A DNA stretch of 64,000 nucleotides from Macrostomum lignano. Lineage: Eukaryota. Under the pieces are notes generated by a model, which saw only the letters and a list, made by a program, of their open reading frames with translations, was not told where the DNA came from and did no database searches. The DNA lies in NCBI GenBank assembly GCA_002269645.1, contig NIVC01000347.1:248001-312000 (forward strand), written 5' to 3'. Made by a program: the position numbers and the translations under genes. Shown piece after piece: positions 12,427 through 24,299 of this stretch; the stretch's first letter is position 1, and each line of letters opens with the position of its first letter.

Positions 12427-15400
12427 TTAGTAAGTTTCATCCTGATTGCAGTCTACAGTGTTGTGCCCGAACATCTCACAGATGTGGCAGTAGGGCCTCG
12501 ACGCTCCACCGTTGCTGCCGGCACCGCCGCTTGCGTCGGCCAGTCGGCGAGTTGAGGGCCTGGGCGACTCGCTGCTACCGCCCTGCAGTGAATTTTCAGG
12601 AGTTTTGGATTGCATTTATAAGTTGCCGGGTTTTAGGTGTGGTAAGGGGCTTTTCTGCGTCTCGGGGGCCCTCTATAGAGGCGATTCATAGATTGAGAAT
12701 ACATTTAGGGTGCTACCGTATGAGTTTTATATTTAATATATGGGGGCGCCAAGTAAGATATCAGGAGCCGCCATTTCCAAGTGTCAAAGAGGGCGGCGCC
12801 ATTTCCAAGTTTCAGAGAGAGCGCCGCCATTTCCAAGTTCAGAGAGAGAGCGCCGCTATTTTTAAGTGTCAGAGAGAGAGCGCCGCCATTTCCAAGTGTC
12901 AGAGAGAGAGCGGCGCCAATTTTTAAGTGTCAGAGAGAGAGCGCCGCCATTTCCAAGTGTCAGAGAGAGAGAGAGAGGCGCCATTTCCAAGTGTCAGAGA
13001 GAGAGCGCCGCCATTTCCAAGTGTCAGAGAGAGAGCGGCGACAATTTTTAAGTGTCAGAGAGAGAGAGAGAGGCGCCATTTCCAAGTTTCAGAGAGAGAG
13101 CGCCGCCATTTCCAAGTGTCAGAGAGAGAGCGGCGCCAATTTTTAAGTGTCAGAGAGAGAGAGAGAGAGAGAAAGAGAGAGGCGCCATTTCCAAGTTTCA
13201 GAGAGAGAGGCGCCATTTCCAAGTGTCAGAGAGAGAGGCGCCATTTCCAAGTGTCAGAGAGAGCGCCGCCATTTCCAAGTGTCAGAGAGAGCGCCGCCAT
13301 TTCCAAGTGTCAGAGAGAGAGGCGCCATTTCCAAGTGTCAGAGAGAGAGGCGCCATTTCCAAGTGTCAGAGAGAGAGGCGCCATTTCCAAGTGTCAGAGA
13401 GAGAGGCGCCATTTCCAAGTGCCAGAGAGAGAGGCGCCATTTCCAAGTGTCAGAGAGAGAGCGGCGCCAATTTCCAAGTGTCAGAGAGAGAGCGGCGCCA
13501 ATTTTCAAGTGTCAGAAAAAGCGCCGCTCCTAAAAAACCCCGCCCCTCAACCCGCTCACCTGCACAGGGCAGTCCTCTGTATCGTGCTGGTCGAACTCCT
13601 CGCAGATGTCGCAGTAGAGCCTCGGGGGCTGAGCAGAGTAGCTCTGGTGCTGCACCCCGCCAGACGGAGTGTCAGAGGAATCCGGCAGAGCAGTGAGCAG
13701 ATACAGATCCCTCTCCAGTTTAGTATTCTTAGCTTTCAAATCTACAATGACTGAGTTGAGAAATTCCAGCTGTTGCTGCAGCTGATGCTGCTCTGGAGGC
13801 GGGGGCGGCGGAGGCGGCGGAGCGGATGCGGCTGCATCGAGCAGCTCGCTGATCCGTGCGCGAGCCTGCTGCAGACTGGCCTGCAGATCGGAGCACTGGC
13901 TGCGCAGCTCGTCAACTTGAGCGACGGCTGCGGCGGTTTCTGAACGGGCGGCAGCTGCGGAGGCTTCCGCCTGCATCAGGTCGGAGGAGAGGCGCTCGTT
14001 CTCGGCGGCGAGGCTGGTTGATGAGGCTTGGACAGATTCCAGCTGGCTGGTCTGGGAGAGAGGGGAAGCGAATAGAGGAGTGTTTGTTAAATCTGTAGTA
14101 TTGAAGCAATTCCAGCAATGAGTTTGATTATGGGATCGGAGGGACGAATTATTGGGGGATCTTTCTTAGAATTGCAAGGGCATTTTCTTAGAATTACAAG
14201 AGCATTTTCTTAGAATTACAAGGGCATTTTCTTAGAATTACAAGGACGCTTTCTTAAAATTACAAGGGTACTTTCTTAGAATCAAGTAGGCTCTTTCTTA
14301 GAATGACAAAGGCGCTTTCTTAGAATCATTCTTAGAAAGACTTTGGAAGAATTTCTTAGAATTTCTTAGAAAGTCTTTCTTATAATCATGTAGGGTCTTT
14401 CTTAGAATTACTAGTGCGCTTTCTGAGAATCATGTAGGCTCGTTTTTAGAATGACAGGGCGCTTTCTTAGAATCATGTAGGCTCTTTCCTAGAATCAGTA
14501 GCGCGCTTTCTGAGAATCACATGGGGCTCTTTCTTAGAATCAGTAGGGCGCTTTCCTAGAATCATGACACTTTTTTACGAGCTAGAATTACAAAGGCACT
14601 TTCTTAGAATCATATGGGGCTTTTATTAGAAACACAAAGACGATTTCTTATAATCATCTAGGCTCTTTCTAAGAATCACAACGGCGATTTCTTAGAATCA
14701 TTTGGGTTCTGTTTTAAACTCATAATTTAGATCTTCCTTAGAATCACGAGTTCTTTCTTATAAGCATAAGATTTTTGTTCAGCTCATAAGGGGCCATTTC
14801 TTAGAATCATGATGGCTTTTCTAAATTCACAAGGAGCTCTTCCTTGAAATAATAAAGAACTCTTTTCTTTAAATCACATGGGCTCTTACAGTCATAAATG
14901 GGAATTTCTTAGAATCATATGGATTCTTGATTCGAATGAGAAAATCAATTCTACATCTGGATTCTCAATACAATCGAGACTAGAAATTTCTTAGAAACAA
15001 CTTATAGGCGATTCCTAGAAAGAATTCGCAGTTCGCATCCTACAATAAGCGCACAACCTACCAATTCGGTAATTCGCTGTTTAGCTTCATCAGCCGCTCG
15101 CCCAGCCTCCTCTAGCCGTTTTTCCATCTGGTGCTTGGCCTCATCAGATTCGCTTCTCAATTTGGCCAACTGCTCAGCGGCCGCAGCCTCCGCAGCTGCA
15201 AGTTTACTTGCCGCCTCATCAGCCGCAGCCTGTTTCTCCAGCTCAGCATCTTCTCGAATTTTCGAATTCTCCGCCTCACGTTCGGCCAGTCGAGTCTCTA
15301 AACTGGACACGCGCTCGAGCAGGCTGCTCAACTCGCTGGCCGATGCAGCTTCCGGCTTCATCGCCAGGCCGTCGCCAGCCGGGCCGCTTGAAGCTGCGGA

Positions 15401-18400
15401 AGCTCCAGCAGCACCTTCGCCACCCAATTTATTGTCCTCCTCGCCAATCATGGACTCGGCCATGCTGAATTGTAAATCTTCTAATTTCTCTCTGAGCTCG
15501 TCTCGTTCGCGTTCGCTAGTGGCCAGGGCGGCGTCCTGACTGTCCAGGCGTTCGCGCAGCTCAGACAGAGCGCGCTCCGCTTTTAATCGGGCAATCTAGG
15601 ATAGAAGTGCAAAATAATGATAATGTCTTATCTGCACTACTGACTAGTGGAAATATGCGAATTTTGTTATTTTTTATTTTATAATGCTAAAAATATCCAC
15701 GAAAATGAAGATAAATATATTTTGAACTAAAATGTTGGCAATTTCACTCTGACAGATTGGGATTTCACTCTGACAGATTGGGATTTCACTCTGACAGATT
15801 GGGATTTCACTCTGATAGATTGGGATTTCACTCTGACAGATTGGGATTTCACTCTGACAGATTGGGATTTCACTCTGACGGATTGGGATTTCACTCTGAT
15901 AGATTAGGATTTCACTCTGATAGATTGGGATTTCACTCTGATAGATTGGGATTTCACTCTGATAGATTGGGATTTCACTCTGATAGATTGGGATTTCACT
16001 CTGATAGATTGGGATTTCACTCTGACAGATTGGGATTTCACTCTGATAGATTGGGATTTCACTCTGATAGATTGGGATTTCACTCTGATAGATTGGGATT
16101 TCACTCTGACAGATTGGGATTTCACTCTGACAGATTGGGATTTCACTCTGATAGATTAGGATTTCACTCTGATAGATTGGGATTTCACTCTGATAGATTG
16201 GGATTTCACTCTGACAGATTGGGATTTCACTCTGATAGATTAGGATTTCACTCTGATAGATTGGGATTTCACTCTGACAGATTGGGATTTCACTCTGACA
16301 GATTGGGATTTCACTCTGACAGATTGGGATTTCACTCTGATAGATTGGGATTTCACTCTGATAGATTGGGATTTCACTCTGACAGATTGGGATTTCACTC
16401 TGATAGATTAGGATTTCACTCTGATAGATTGGGATTTCACTCTGATAGATTGGGATTTCACTCTGACAGATTGGGATTTCACTCTGACAGATTGGGATTT
16501 CACTCTGACAGATTGGGATTTCACTCTGACAAATTAGGATTTAACTCTGATAGATTGGGATTTCACTCTGATAGATTGGGATTTCACTCTGATAGATTGG
16601 GATTTCACTCTGACAGATTGGGATTTCACTCTGATGGATTGCGATTTCACTCTGATGGATTGCGATTTCACTCTGATGGATTGCGATTTCACTCTTATAG
16701 ATTAGGATTATTATTTTGCAAACATTACATAAATGTGATCTCGACCCAACTCACCTCAGCTTCCTCAGCCGCCGCCAGAGCCCTAGCAACCTCGCTCCGC
16801 TCCTGTTCCCTCTCTCTAAGCAGCTGCTCAATATGCTCCGACTTCTCCTGCACAACTTTCTTTAAAGTTTCTGTTGGCGAAGACACGGACCCGTGCCGAC
16901 TGCCGGTCATTGCGGAGGAAACTGCCGCAGCTGACATGGTTGAGGCGGGGCCGTGGCTGTTGCCAAGGGAAGTGACACCGAGCCGGGTTCGAGGCTGCTG
17001 CCGACTGACGCTGCCAGCGCTGCTGACGCTTTCCTGACTGCCGTAGCGATTGCGGCCCGCACCGCTGCCCACTGAGGCTGCGGAGGCTGCGGGATTTTGG
17101 GAGGATGAAGACTTGTTGGTGATGCAGAATGGGATTCTGATGAGTGATGATAGAGAATCAGTGGTGGACTCTGATGATGCAGAATGAGGATTCTGAGGAT
17201 GCAGAATCAGGATTCTGATGATGCAGAATCAGTGGGATTCTGATGATGCAGAATCAGTGGGATTCTGATGATGCAGAATCAGTGGGATTCTGATGATGCA
17301 GAATAAGGATTCTGAGGATGCAGAATGAGGATTCTGATGATGCAGAATCAGTGGGATTCTGATGATGCAGAATAAGGATTCTGAGGATGCAGAATGAGGA
17401 TTCTGATGATGCAGAATCAGTGGGGGATTCTGATGATGCAGAATCGTTGAGGGATTCTGATGATGCAGAATCGTTGAGGGATTCTGATGATGCAGAATCG
17501 TTTAGGGATTCTGATGATGCAGAATCGTTGAGGGATTCTGATGATGCAGAATCGTTTAGGGATTCTGATGATGCAGAATCGTTGAGGGATTCTGATGATT
17601 CAGAATCATTGGGGAATTCTGATGATGCAGAATGAGGATTCTGAGGATGCAGAATCAGTGGGGATTCTGAGGATGCAGAATGAGGATTCTGAGGATGCAG
17701 AATGGGATTCTGATAATGCAAAATTAATGGAAAAAGCAGGCACAACAAACTCACGAGCAGCAATGCCGCTGTTCGGTCCGCCACCAGGCGCTTCATCTGC
17801 GTGCAGCGGCAGCACCCGATGCACCGGAGCAAACAGTCCATATCGCGGCTTGCAGGTAAAATACCGTTCTCCCTCAACTGACCCATCATTTTTCCCGGTT
17901 GGTTCATCCAGTTCGACACCAGCGAACAGGCCCTTGCCTTTGGCGAAGCCCGCAGTGCCGACAAATCGAAGAGTGCCAGGCCGGGTGCCGCCGACAATGA
18001 CTCGCATGCCGACTTTCAGCGGGCAGTCCTCGGCCGAGGGTGCAACAGTCGCTGCCGCGGACGCCTCGGTGACTGCCGCTGGCTGTTGGGACTCCGTCTT
18101 TGGAGTGACAGAGGAAACACTGCCGCTTTTAGATGCAGATTTCGGCAGTTGCTTCTGCGACTGTTGGCCTGGTTTGCTGATAATAATTGATTTGGGATAG
18201 GGAACGATATGTATCGATAGTTGAGTTTGTTAGTTACAAATTGAGCACACATGGCACACAGGGTGAACTAGCGGTCCTGACTTTTTAATCGTCAATCAGT
18301 GTACATCGTCAGTGCTTTGATTGGTCAATGATCTCCGATGCGCCCGAAGATTAATTTTTGTAAAAGACTTCCGAAATAATTTTTTGCCGAGCAAAGATTC

Positions 18401-21110
18401 GAACCCGGGTTCTTTGCATTTAAATTCAGACGCGTTAACCGCTGGGCTACACTGACCCCCGTACCTATAGCGGTCATCTGGGACTGATTTCATGAGCAAC
18501 TGGTAACTGGTAAATAACCGCAGCTACTTGAAGTTTGGTTTCATGGCGAACTTTAGCAGCTGCTAACTATTAGCAGTCTGGTAAGCTGTGGTTTCACGAA
18601 TTGACTGGTAAAACTGAGGCTGCTTGTATTGATTCAGAACGTCTATGTCTATGGCTCAAAGTATGGTGTTCTCGGGGGCTGGTAACGGTTGGTTTCAGGA
18701 GCATACCAGCGCTGCTAAAATAACCACATTTTCCACGGTTAAAACTTAGCATCCTACTTAGGTGGCTAAGAAATGGAGCTGCCTATATACGACGCCCTTA
18801 ATTTGCTCGAAGAGGAACCTGGGCCGCGTCCAAGGGAATTTCGAGAGCGCATGAACTTCGTCGACGACTGGGATTTTAGACAGCGCTTTAGAATGTTGCC
18901 ACCTACGTTCGAGCATCTGCTCGAACGAATTCGCCCAACCTTGGAGTATGGTAGCGTTCGAAGTGGTCAATTGAGTGCCAGGGAGCAAGCGTAGACCGCA
19001 TTGCGTTTCTACGCCTGTAACGGCTTCTACCACGTAATCCCAAGCGTGACGCTTTTTCGATTTGGCTTCTGCGCTATCCGCAAAACTACCGAACAAAACG
19101 GCCTTTTTGTCTCTCATGACAGACAGAAAGAGGAGCTTTTGTTCCGGCGTGGGCATGGTTGTGCACTTTTAAAATCTTTTCAGTTTTGACTTCTAAGCTA
19201 GTGAGACTAGAGCCTTATATACTACCCGCTCCTTCTCTTTCTCCTCCAACTCAGCTTCTTCTGCTGCTGCAAAACGCATGTCTATGGCACGAATTCTATG
19301 CTAGGGAGAATAGCAGTACTGGTATTTACCAGTTCCTTCATGAAACCAGATTTTAGCAGACTGCTAAATATCTGCGGTTATTTTAGCTGCTGCTAACTAA
19401 TAATTTACCAGTTGCTCATGAAACCGGTCCCTGGGGTTAATACATGGATGAATGAATAGAATGGATTGCTATTCTGGCTCTGGCTATTTTCGTTTTTGAC
19501 TCTTTTGCATCCGGTTCCCCCCGTGCCTTTTCATTGGTTGATGATTGCCATAGACAATTTTCGGCCTTCGCCCCTTTCTTTCGATGCGATGCACAAGCGC
19601 AAAGAACTGCGAATTTCAACAAAGTTCAATTTCAACACAAGTAACTTCTATTTACTAACAAGAAAGCGCTTGTGCATCGAAAGAAAGGGGCAAAGGCCGA
19701 AAATTGTCTATGGCAATCATCAACCAATGAAAAGGCACGGGGGGGAACTGGATGCAAGAGTCAAAAACGAAAATAGCCAGAGCCAGAATAGCAATCCATT
19801 CTATTCATTCATCCATGGGTTAATAACGGAAACAAAAAAAATAAGCAGAAACTATTACATTTACAAATAATGGCATATTTATGCTGGCTCCTGGGCACAC
19901 ACAAGCACCCCAATACAGTACGCAAGCACGCACTCATACACCGCTCATACAGGGTGTACAGCCGCCCTGACTTTCTAAGATCGTCAGGCATGTACACTTT
20001 CTGTGTCTAGAGGATTGACCCTGTGTCTATGTGAATCACAACAACCCACCGGGCCAAATTTACGTACACAAACTACAAATAAATGCGACCGCTCTAGAAA
20101 TCGTACTAACCCGATGAAAACGGTGCCTGGATTATTAATTAAGAAGCGTCCCAGAGTCACTGCAGGTAACACAGGTAAAACAGGAAATAAATGACTATAG
20201 ACGATTCTAAAGCGACAAGAAGTTACCTAAAATTCGTCAAAGAGTCAATTTGAGACGTTTTATTGTTTACGACTCATTGGCGTTTCTATAATGACTCTGG
20301 GGCCGTACAGCCATATCTGAGGCGTACTGTAGATGTAGAATCACTGAGTTGTGTCTAAAGCGCATCTGCATCCCTCTATGAATTAGAATCGCATTTCGAA
20401 TTCATTTTAGTGGCCCGAGAGTCAGACTTACTCTGCCCTCTATAAATAATAATAATAATAATAATTGATTACACCTGCCCCAATTGGGCCAGATGTGCAA
20501 CCGACAGCTCAGCCGCAGCTATGGCGCGGCGCATCTGAAGGCTGCGTACGGCTGTTCAGTGCAAGCTGGGGGGGGGGGTCGCCACACACCCCCTCAATTA
20601 CCCCAGCTAATGCTGTCAACCTATTTTACAGCTGGGTGAACTTAAACAATGCAAGGTTAAGTGTTGTGAGTCCTTCAAGTTGTGAGTCCTAGGCTACAAT
20701 TCTCTCTATAGAACTCACCTAGCAACATCAGTCGGGTTCACTCGCCTCTCAAAGCTCAGATTAGTGAGCCTGCTAAACAGGCCATGACTCATCGGACACT
20801 GGAAGTATCGGACACCGCCAACAGACCCGTCATTCTTGCCCGTGGCATCGTCCAGATTGATCCCAGCCCATTCACCTTCGGCAAATTTCGTGTGACCAAT
20901 AAAACAAATCGTGCCGGATCTGGTGCCACCAACAAAGATTCGATCGCCAATACGAAAGCCCTGACTACTGACTCCACTGATAGCGGTGTGACTGCTGTCT
21001 CTGGCGCCCTCAGATTTGTAGCTGTGACCGTCTGAACAGGGACTGCGACGTCCGCTGCCGCTAGAACTTGGCGCTGGCAGTTTTGTACCGGCATTGCCTT
21101 TGCTAGTCAT
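12427..21110 (-). CDS. CLIP1: CAP-Gly domain linker protein (CLIP-170/CLIP-190/restin-like), 803 aa; exons 21110-20719, 18176-17755, 17170-16755, 15595-15062, 14051-13560, 12582-12427
   Basis: Two CAP-Gly domains with GKNDG, the segment [30 protein letters not shown], a coiled coil, two C-terminal zinc knuckles ([31 protein letters not shown]) and a terminal DETY*. All junctions are GT-AG with matching phases; the exon 3 acceptor is the least certain. Confidence 0.92.
12760..13515. repeat. Intronic minisatellite, about 28-30 bp (GCGCCGCCATTTCCAAGTGTCAGAGAGA)
   Basis: Visible array with variable (GA)n, inside the last CLIP intron. Confidence 0.92.
14165..15000. repeat. Degenerate intronic repeat built on TTTCTTAGAAT
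   Basis: The motif recurs about every 20-25 bp; a related reverse-orientation motif (ATTTCTAAGAAATC) occurs at 54580-55100. Confidence 0.7.
15740..16705. repeat. Intronic 21 bp minisatellite (GGGATTTCACTCTGAYAGATT), about 45 copies
   Basis: Highly homogeneous array; produces the spurious 426 aa LGFHSDR ORF. Confidence 0.95.
17115..17715. repeat. Intronic minisatellite (GATTCTGATGATGCAGAAT core)
   Basis: Visible array between CLIP exons 2 and 3, overlapping the exon 3 acceptor region. Confidence 0.9.
18221..18460 (-). mobile_element. tRNA-headed SINE copy
   Basis: The minus strand starts GGGGTCAGTGTAGCCCAGCGGTTAACGCG...GGGTTCGAATC (A and B boxes). It carries the core hairpin seen in the other copies. 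Possible degenerate TSD GTATCGATAG/GTACCTATAG. Confidence 0.75.
18481..19430. mobile_element. Internally deleted PIF/Harbinger transposon (950 bp)
   Basis: TIRs GGACYGRTTTCATGAGCAACTGGTAA with a 3 bp CTG TSD. Plus-strand HARBI1-type transposase start (FRQRFRM..TFEHLL..IRPTL....[15 protein letters not shown]) and minus-strand Myb/SANT-like start ([21 protein letters not shown]...KRHAWDYV). Confidence 0.88.
19443..19817. mobile_element. Foldback MITE, about 155 bp inverted arms, 8 bp TSD GGTTAATA (hAT or P superfamily)
   Basis: CATGGATGAATGAATAGAATGG... at the left is mirrored at the right. GGTTAATA sits at 19435-19442 and 19818-19825. Confidence 0.9.
19880..20030 (-). mobile_element. SINE core-domain fragment
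   Basis: GGGTGTACAGCCGCCCTGACTTTCTAAGATCGTCAGGCATGTACAC matches the core at 63352-63400. Confidence 0.6.
20445..20670 (-). mobile_element. Probable CORE-type SINE fragment with (ATT)n tail
   Basis: (AAT)n run, followed by TTTTACAGCTGGGTGAACT...AAGGTTAAGTG resembling the CORE-SINE domain; no tRNA head. Confidence 0.45.
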
Positions 21111-24082
21111 ATTCTTTAGTTACTACTTAGAACGGTGTTGAAGTAGTATTTTAAGCAAAAACCAAACAAACCAACTGAATTTGAGATTGTTGTCCAAATT
21201 TTGAAGTCAAATCAACCACTTGTAAGGCAGAAATTTTAAAGTAAATTGACACTGACATGATTTATTAAGCATGGTATATAGTTCTGGCTTTCTCATTTGC
21301 CATAGTCAGGAAGGTGGCACAGCCTGCACTAGAAAAATGCCATAATGAACACAAGGCACTTTTGCGCTGCCTAATACTCTTAATGATTAATTTTGCTCTG
21401 CAAAAACATAAAATGTCAATAATAAAAGAATAAAAAACTAAAGTTAATTAAAAAATTACAAAAGATTAGAAAAGAATAGAAATGAAAGTTAACCAAAGCA
21501 AAACTTGAAAAGTAAACAATAATATGACCATATTGCACATTATGTAGTAGGGCTTTATTTTAGGAACGGGACTTAGTAGCGAAGCAGATATGCTTTTTGC
21601 CTACTGTCAGTAGTTTAGGTTTGGGAAAGTAATTAGAGTGGGGGAAAATCGCTAGTTTTCGGGATTCTCTAGAAGTATAGAACAGTTTGGGGTTCGAAAA
21701 AGCAGTTTTTTTTTGCTGGCTGGCGGCAGATCTCAGAAATTAGGAAGGTAAGAGGCCGGGAGTATTGGGAAAATTTAAGTAAAACTGTCAAGGTAGTTGA
21801 TGCCAAAACAGTACACCTACAGGTAGTCAATGCCTGACATTTTGCACCAACCATTGCATGCTATTTTTCATTTTGTTTTTGTTTGAAGTATAAAACTTTT
21901 GTTAAATAATTCAGTTTTCCTGAGTCAATCCTTTGTCTCTACAATAATAGGACTAGGGAACAGGAAGCCTGGTGGCAGCGATTCTACCAAATCTCAAATC
22001 AGTACAGCAGATAATAATCCACTAGTAAAATCCTTAGTAGCAAATAGAAAACCAGTAGCTTAGCCGCGAGGACACGCCCATTCCAATTGATTCCAATTAC
22101 ATAGCCAAATCAAAGTTTAACTTGAATATACATATTTATCTTTTTTATATTTGATATGCTACATTTTAAACACTATGCAACCTGTACTATGTTGTGCCAT
22201 TGTGCTGCAACTGCACCATATAAAACAAGCTATTGACCTAAGAAGGCTTCTAAGCATTGGAATTCTCTTAGGAAAGGGCGTCATCCTAATTGTGGTCATA
22301 CATGTGCAACTGCTAGCCAACCTGGCCGATCTGGCCACTATAAATTGTGGTGGACCAGGAGTAAGTCGCAAAAATGCCCACTCCAAAGAATACAGACATA
22401 GTACTAATTAGATGACGAGGCATTTAAATATTATAAGACAGTCAAAGTTACTCCTGCCGTTTACTCAAAATTGTCTTAATTTTTGCTTAAAGGTTTCTTT
22501 TACAGGTAAGTTGCATTTTTGTTCAAAAAGTAAGTTTTATGGCCAGTGTAAATCAGGGGGGTTGCGCAGGTAGGATTATGGTGCTTTTGTACATTGGCTA
22601 CAAGCTTTTACAAAGGTATTGTTGTTGAATTATACACTAATGATAATGCTAGAAAGTTGTATCTCTTGCTTAATACACCCAATGTATGCTAGCTAAAGCC
22701 TATATTGTAGATATTGTTTTGTATATATATTATAGATCTAAAAACTAAGTTATAGTTTAGTAGTTATAGATAAAACATTTGTTACAAAGATTTGCATTAT
22801 TTTCCCAATTGTCAGTTGGTAATGCATAAGATCTAATTAATATCAGGATCATATATTAGTATATGTCAAGACAAAACTTGTTTATTTAGCTTCTATATGC
22901 CAATGTACACAATGGGCTTAGTTATATTACACATTAAAAAATGCCAAGGCAAAAATGAATTATGACAACCTATATTTAAGGCTTACAACTTTTAATCTTT
23001 GCAAAAATAGTTAATAAACACTTGCTTAATATTTTAATAAACAAAAAAATGTTTTTCTAATTATTTTTGTTTTACTTTTAGTTGTGTAGATACATCTAGG
23101 TTAAACACAATTTTTATTTTAGGTAGTTATCTATTAATTTTTGCTTTTTAATCAATATTTAGATATTCTATCTCTATATGCAGAGGCTTACCAAACTTTT
23201 ATTACAAAGGCCTACATTTATTAGGACTTGAAACTTGGTCTTACTTGCTATCTTAGCTATGACTTAGCAATCTTTATGCCAAGCTATATACCAAGGGGTA
23301 CACTAGGCCCTTCTCTATGCCTATTTGTAAACCAACAATATACCCCAGATTCCTCTATATGCTAGAATTTTTAGTGTACATATACATATATAATATCCTA
23401 TCATAAAATATACTTTTCTTTTATATAATTATAAATATATCACATTGCACTAGAACTAAGTAGTATAGAGCTAGCTGCTAGACCACTTTCTATGCTGTAC
23501 TAAGCTGGGTAGTATAATGCTAAACTAAATATTATGTTGGAATTTTCTATCAAAAAGGCCATTTTGTCATTGACCATTTTGGCAAAAGAACACTTTGATG
23601 AAGGCTATTTTGACAAAAGACCATTTTGAAGAATCCATTGTGATATATGGATTATGACCATCTAGCATAGGCCTAGCCTATACTAGCAAAGGCAAAGCCT
23701 TTGGAATATAATAAAATATAAAAAAATCAATCATAGCTATATTTTATAAAGTCCTAATCTAAGACCAGTAAACTATGATTCAATATTTTGATTTAGTTAA
23801 TTAATATTTAATAAAGTTAATAGTTAATATTAGGCCTAATTAAAATTTAAAGCAAACACTATGCTATAATATTGTTTAATTGCATAATTTGATAGTAGTA
23901 AAATTAGAAAAAATATTCCACAATTGACTTGCTTGACCAAAAAGGATTGGCACTATTCTGGGTTGAAGAAAGTACAACAAAAGCAATTAAACATTGTAGA
24001 AATTTTGAGAACTATAGATTATTTTAAACACTCCTAATAGTCAAATAGAAAGTTAAATGAATAAGGCTATATATTAGACCAA

Positions 24083-24299
24083 ACCTATATAACTTTTACC
24101 AACAAATTTTCAGACATACTATCACATATCTTCCAACACTTTTTATAACACTTAGGGGGCCTAAAATATTGCAAAAAGTGTTGGAAGATATGTTGACAAA
24201 AGTCAACTGTTATAACACTTTTTCCAACATTGGAACATTTTAAGTGTTGTAAAAGTGTCGGAAGACATCTAAAAATGTGTCAGTGAAAGTTATATAGGT
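24083..24299. mobile_element. Decayed MITE-like inverted repeat
   Basis: ACCTATATAACTTT...CTTCCAACACTTTTTATAACACTTA is mirrored by TAAGTGTTGTAAAAGTGTCGGAAGAC...AAAGTTATATAGGT; no clear TSD. Confidence 0.55.

Noticed and set aside
15757-17037. 426 aa LGFHSDR ORF
   Set aside because: It is a 21 bp intronic satellite on the strand opposite CLIP.
19960-20000. Hammerhead ribozyme (minus strand CTGACGA-TCTTA-GAAA)
   Set aside because: There is no stem II, CTGAC pairs with the downstream GTCAG, and the core bases are not kept in the other copies (CTAACGA, TTGACGA, AAAA).
22151-22411. Short Cys/His-containing ORFs upstream of CLIP
   Set aside because: No recognisable domain or consistent splice partners; possibly a degraded TE.
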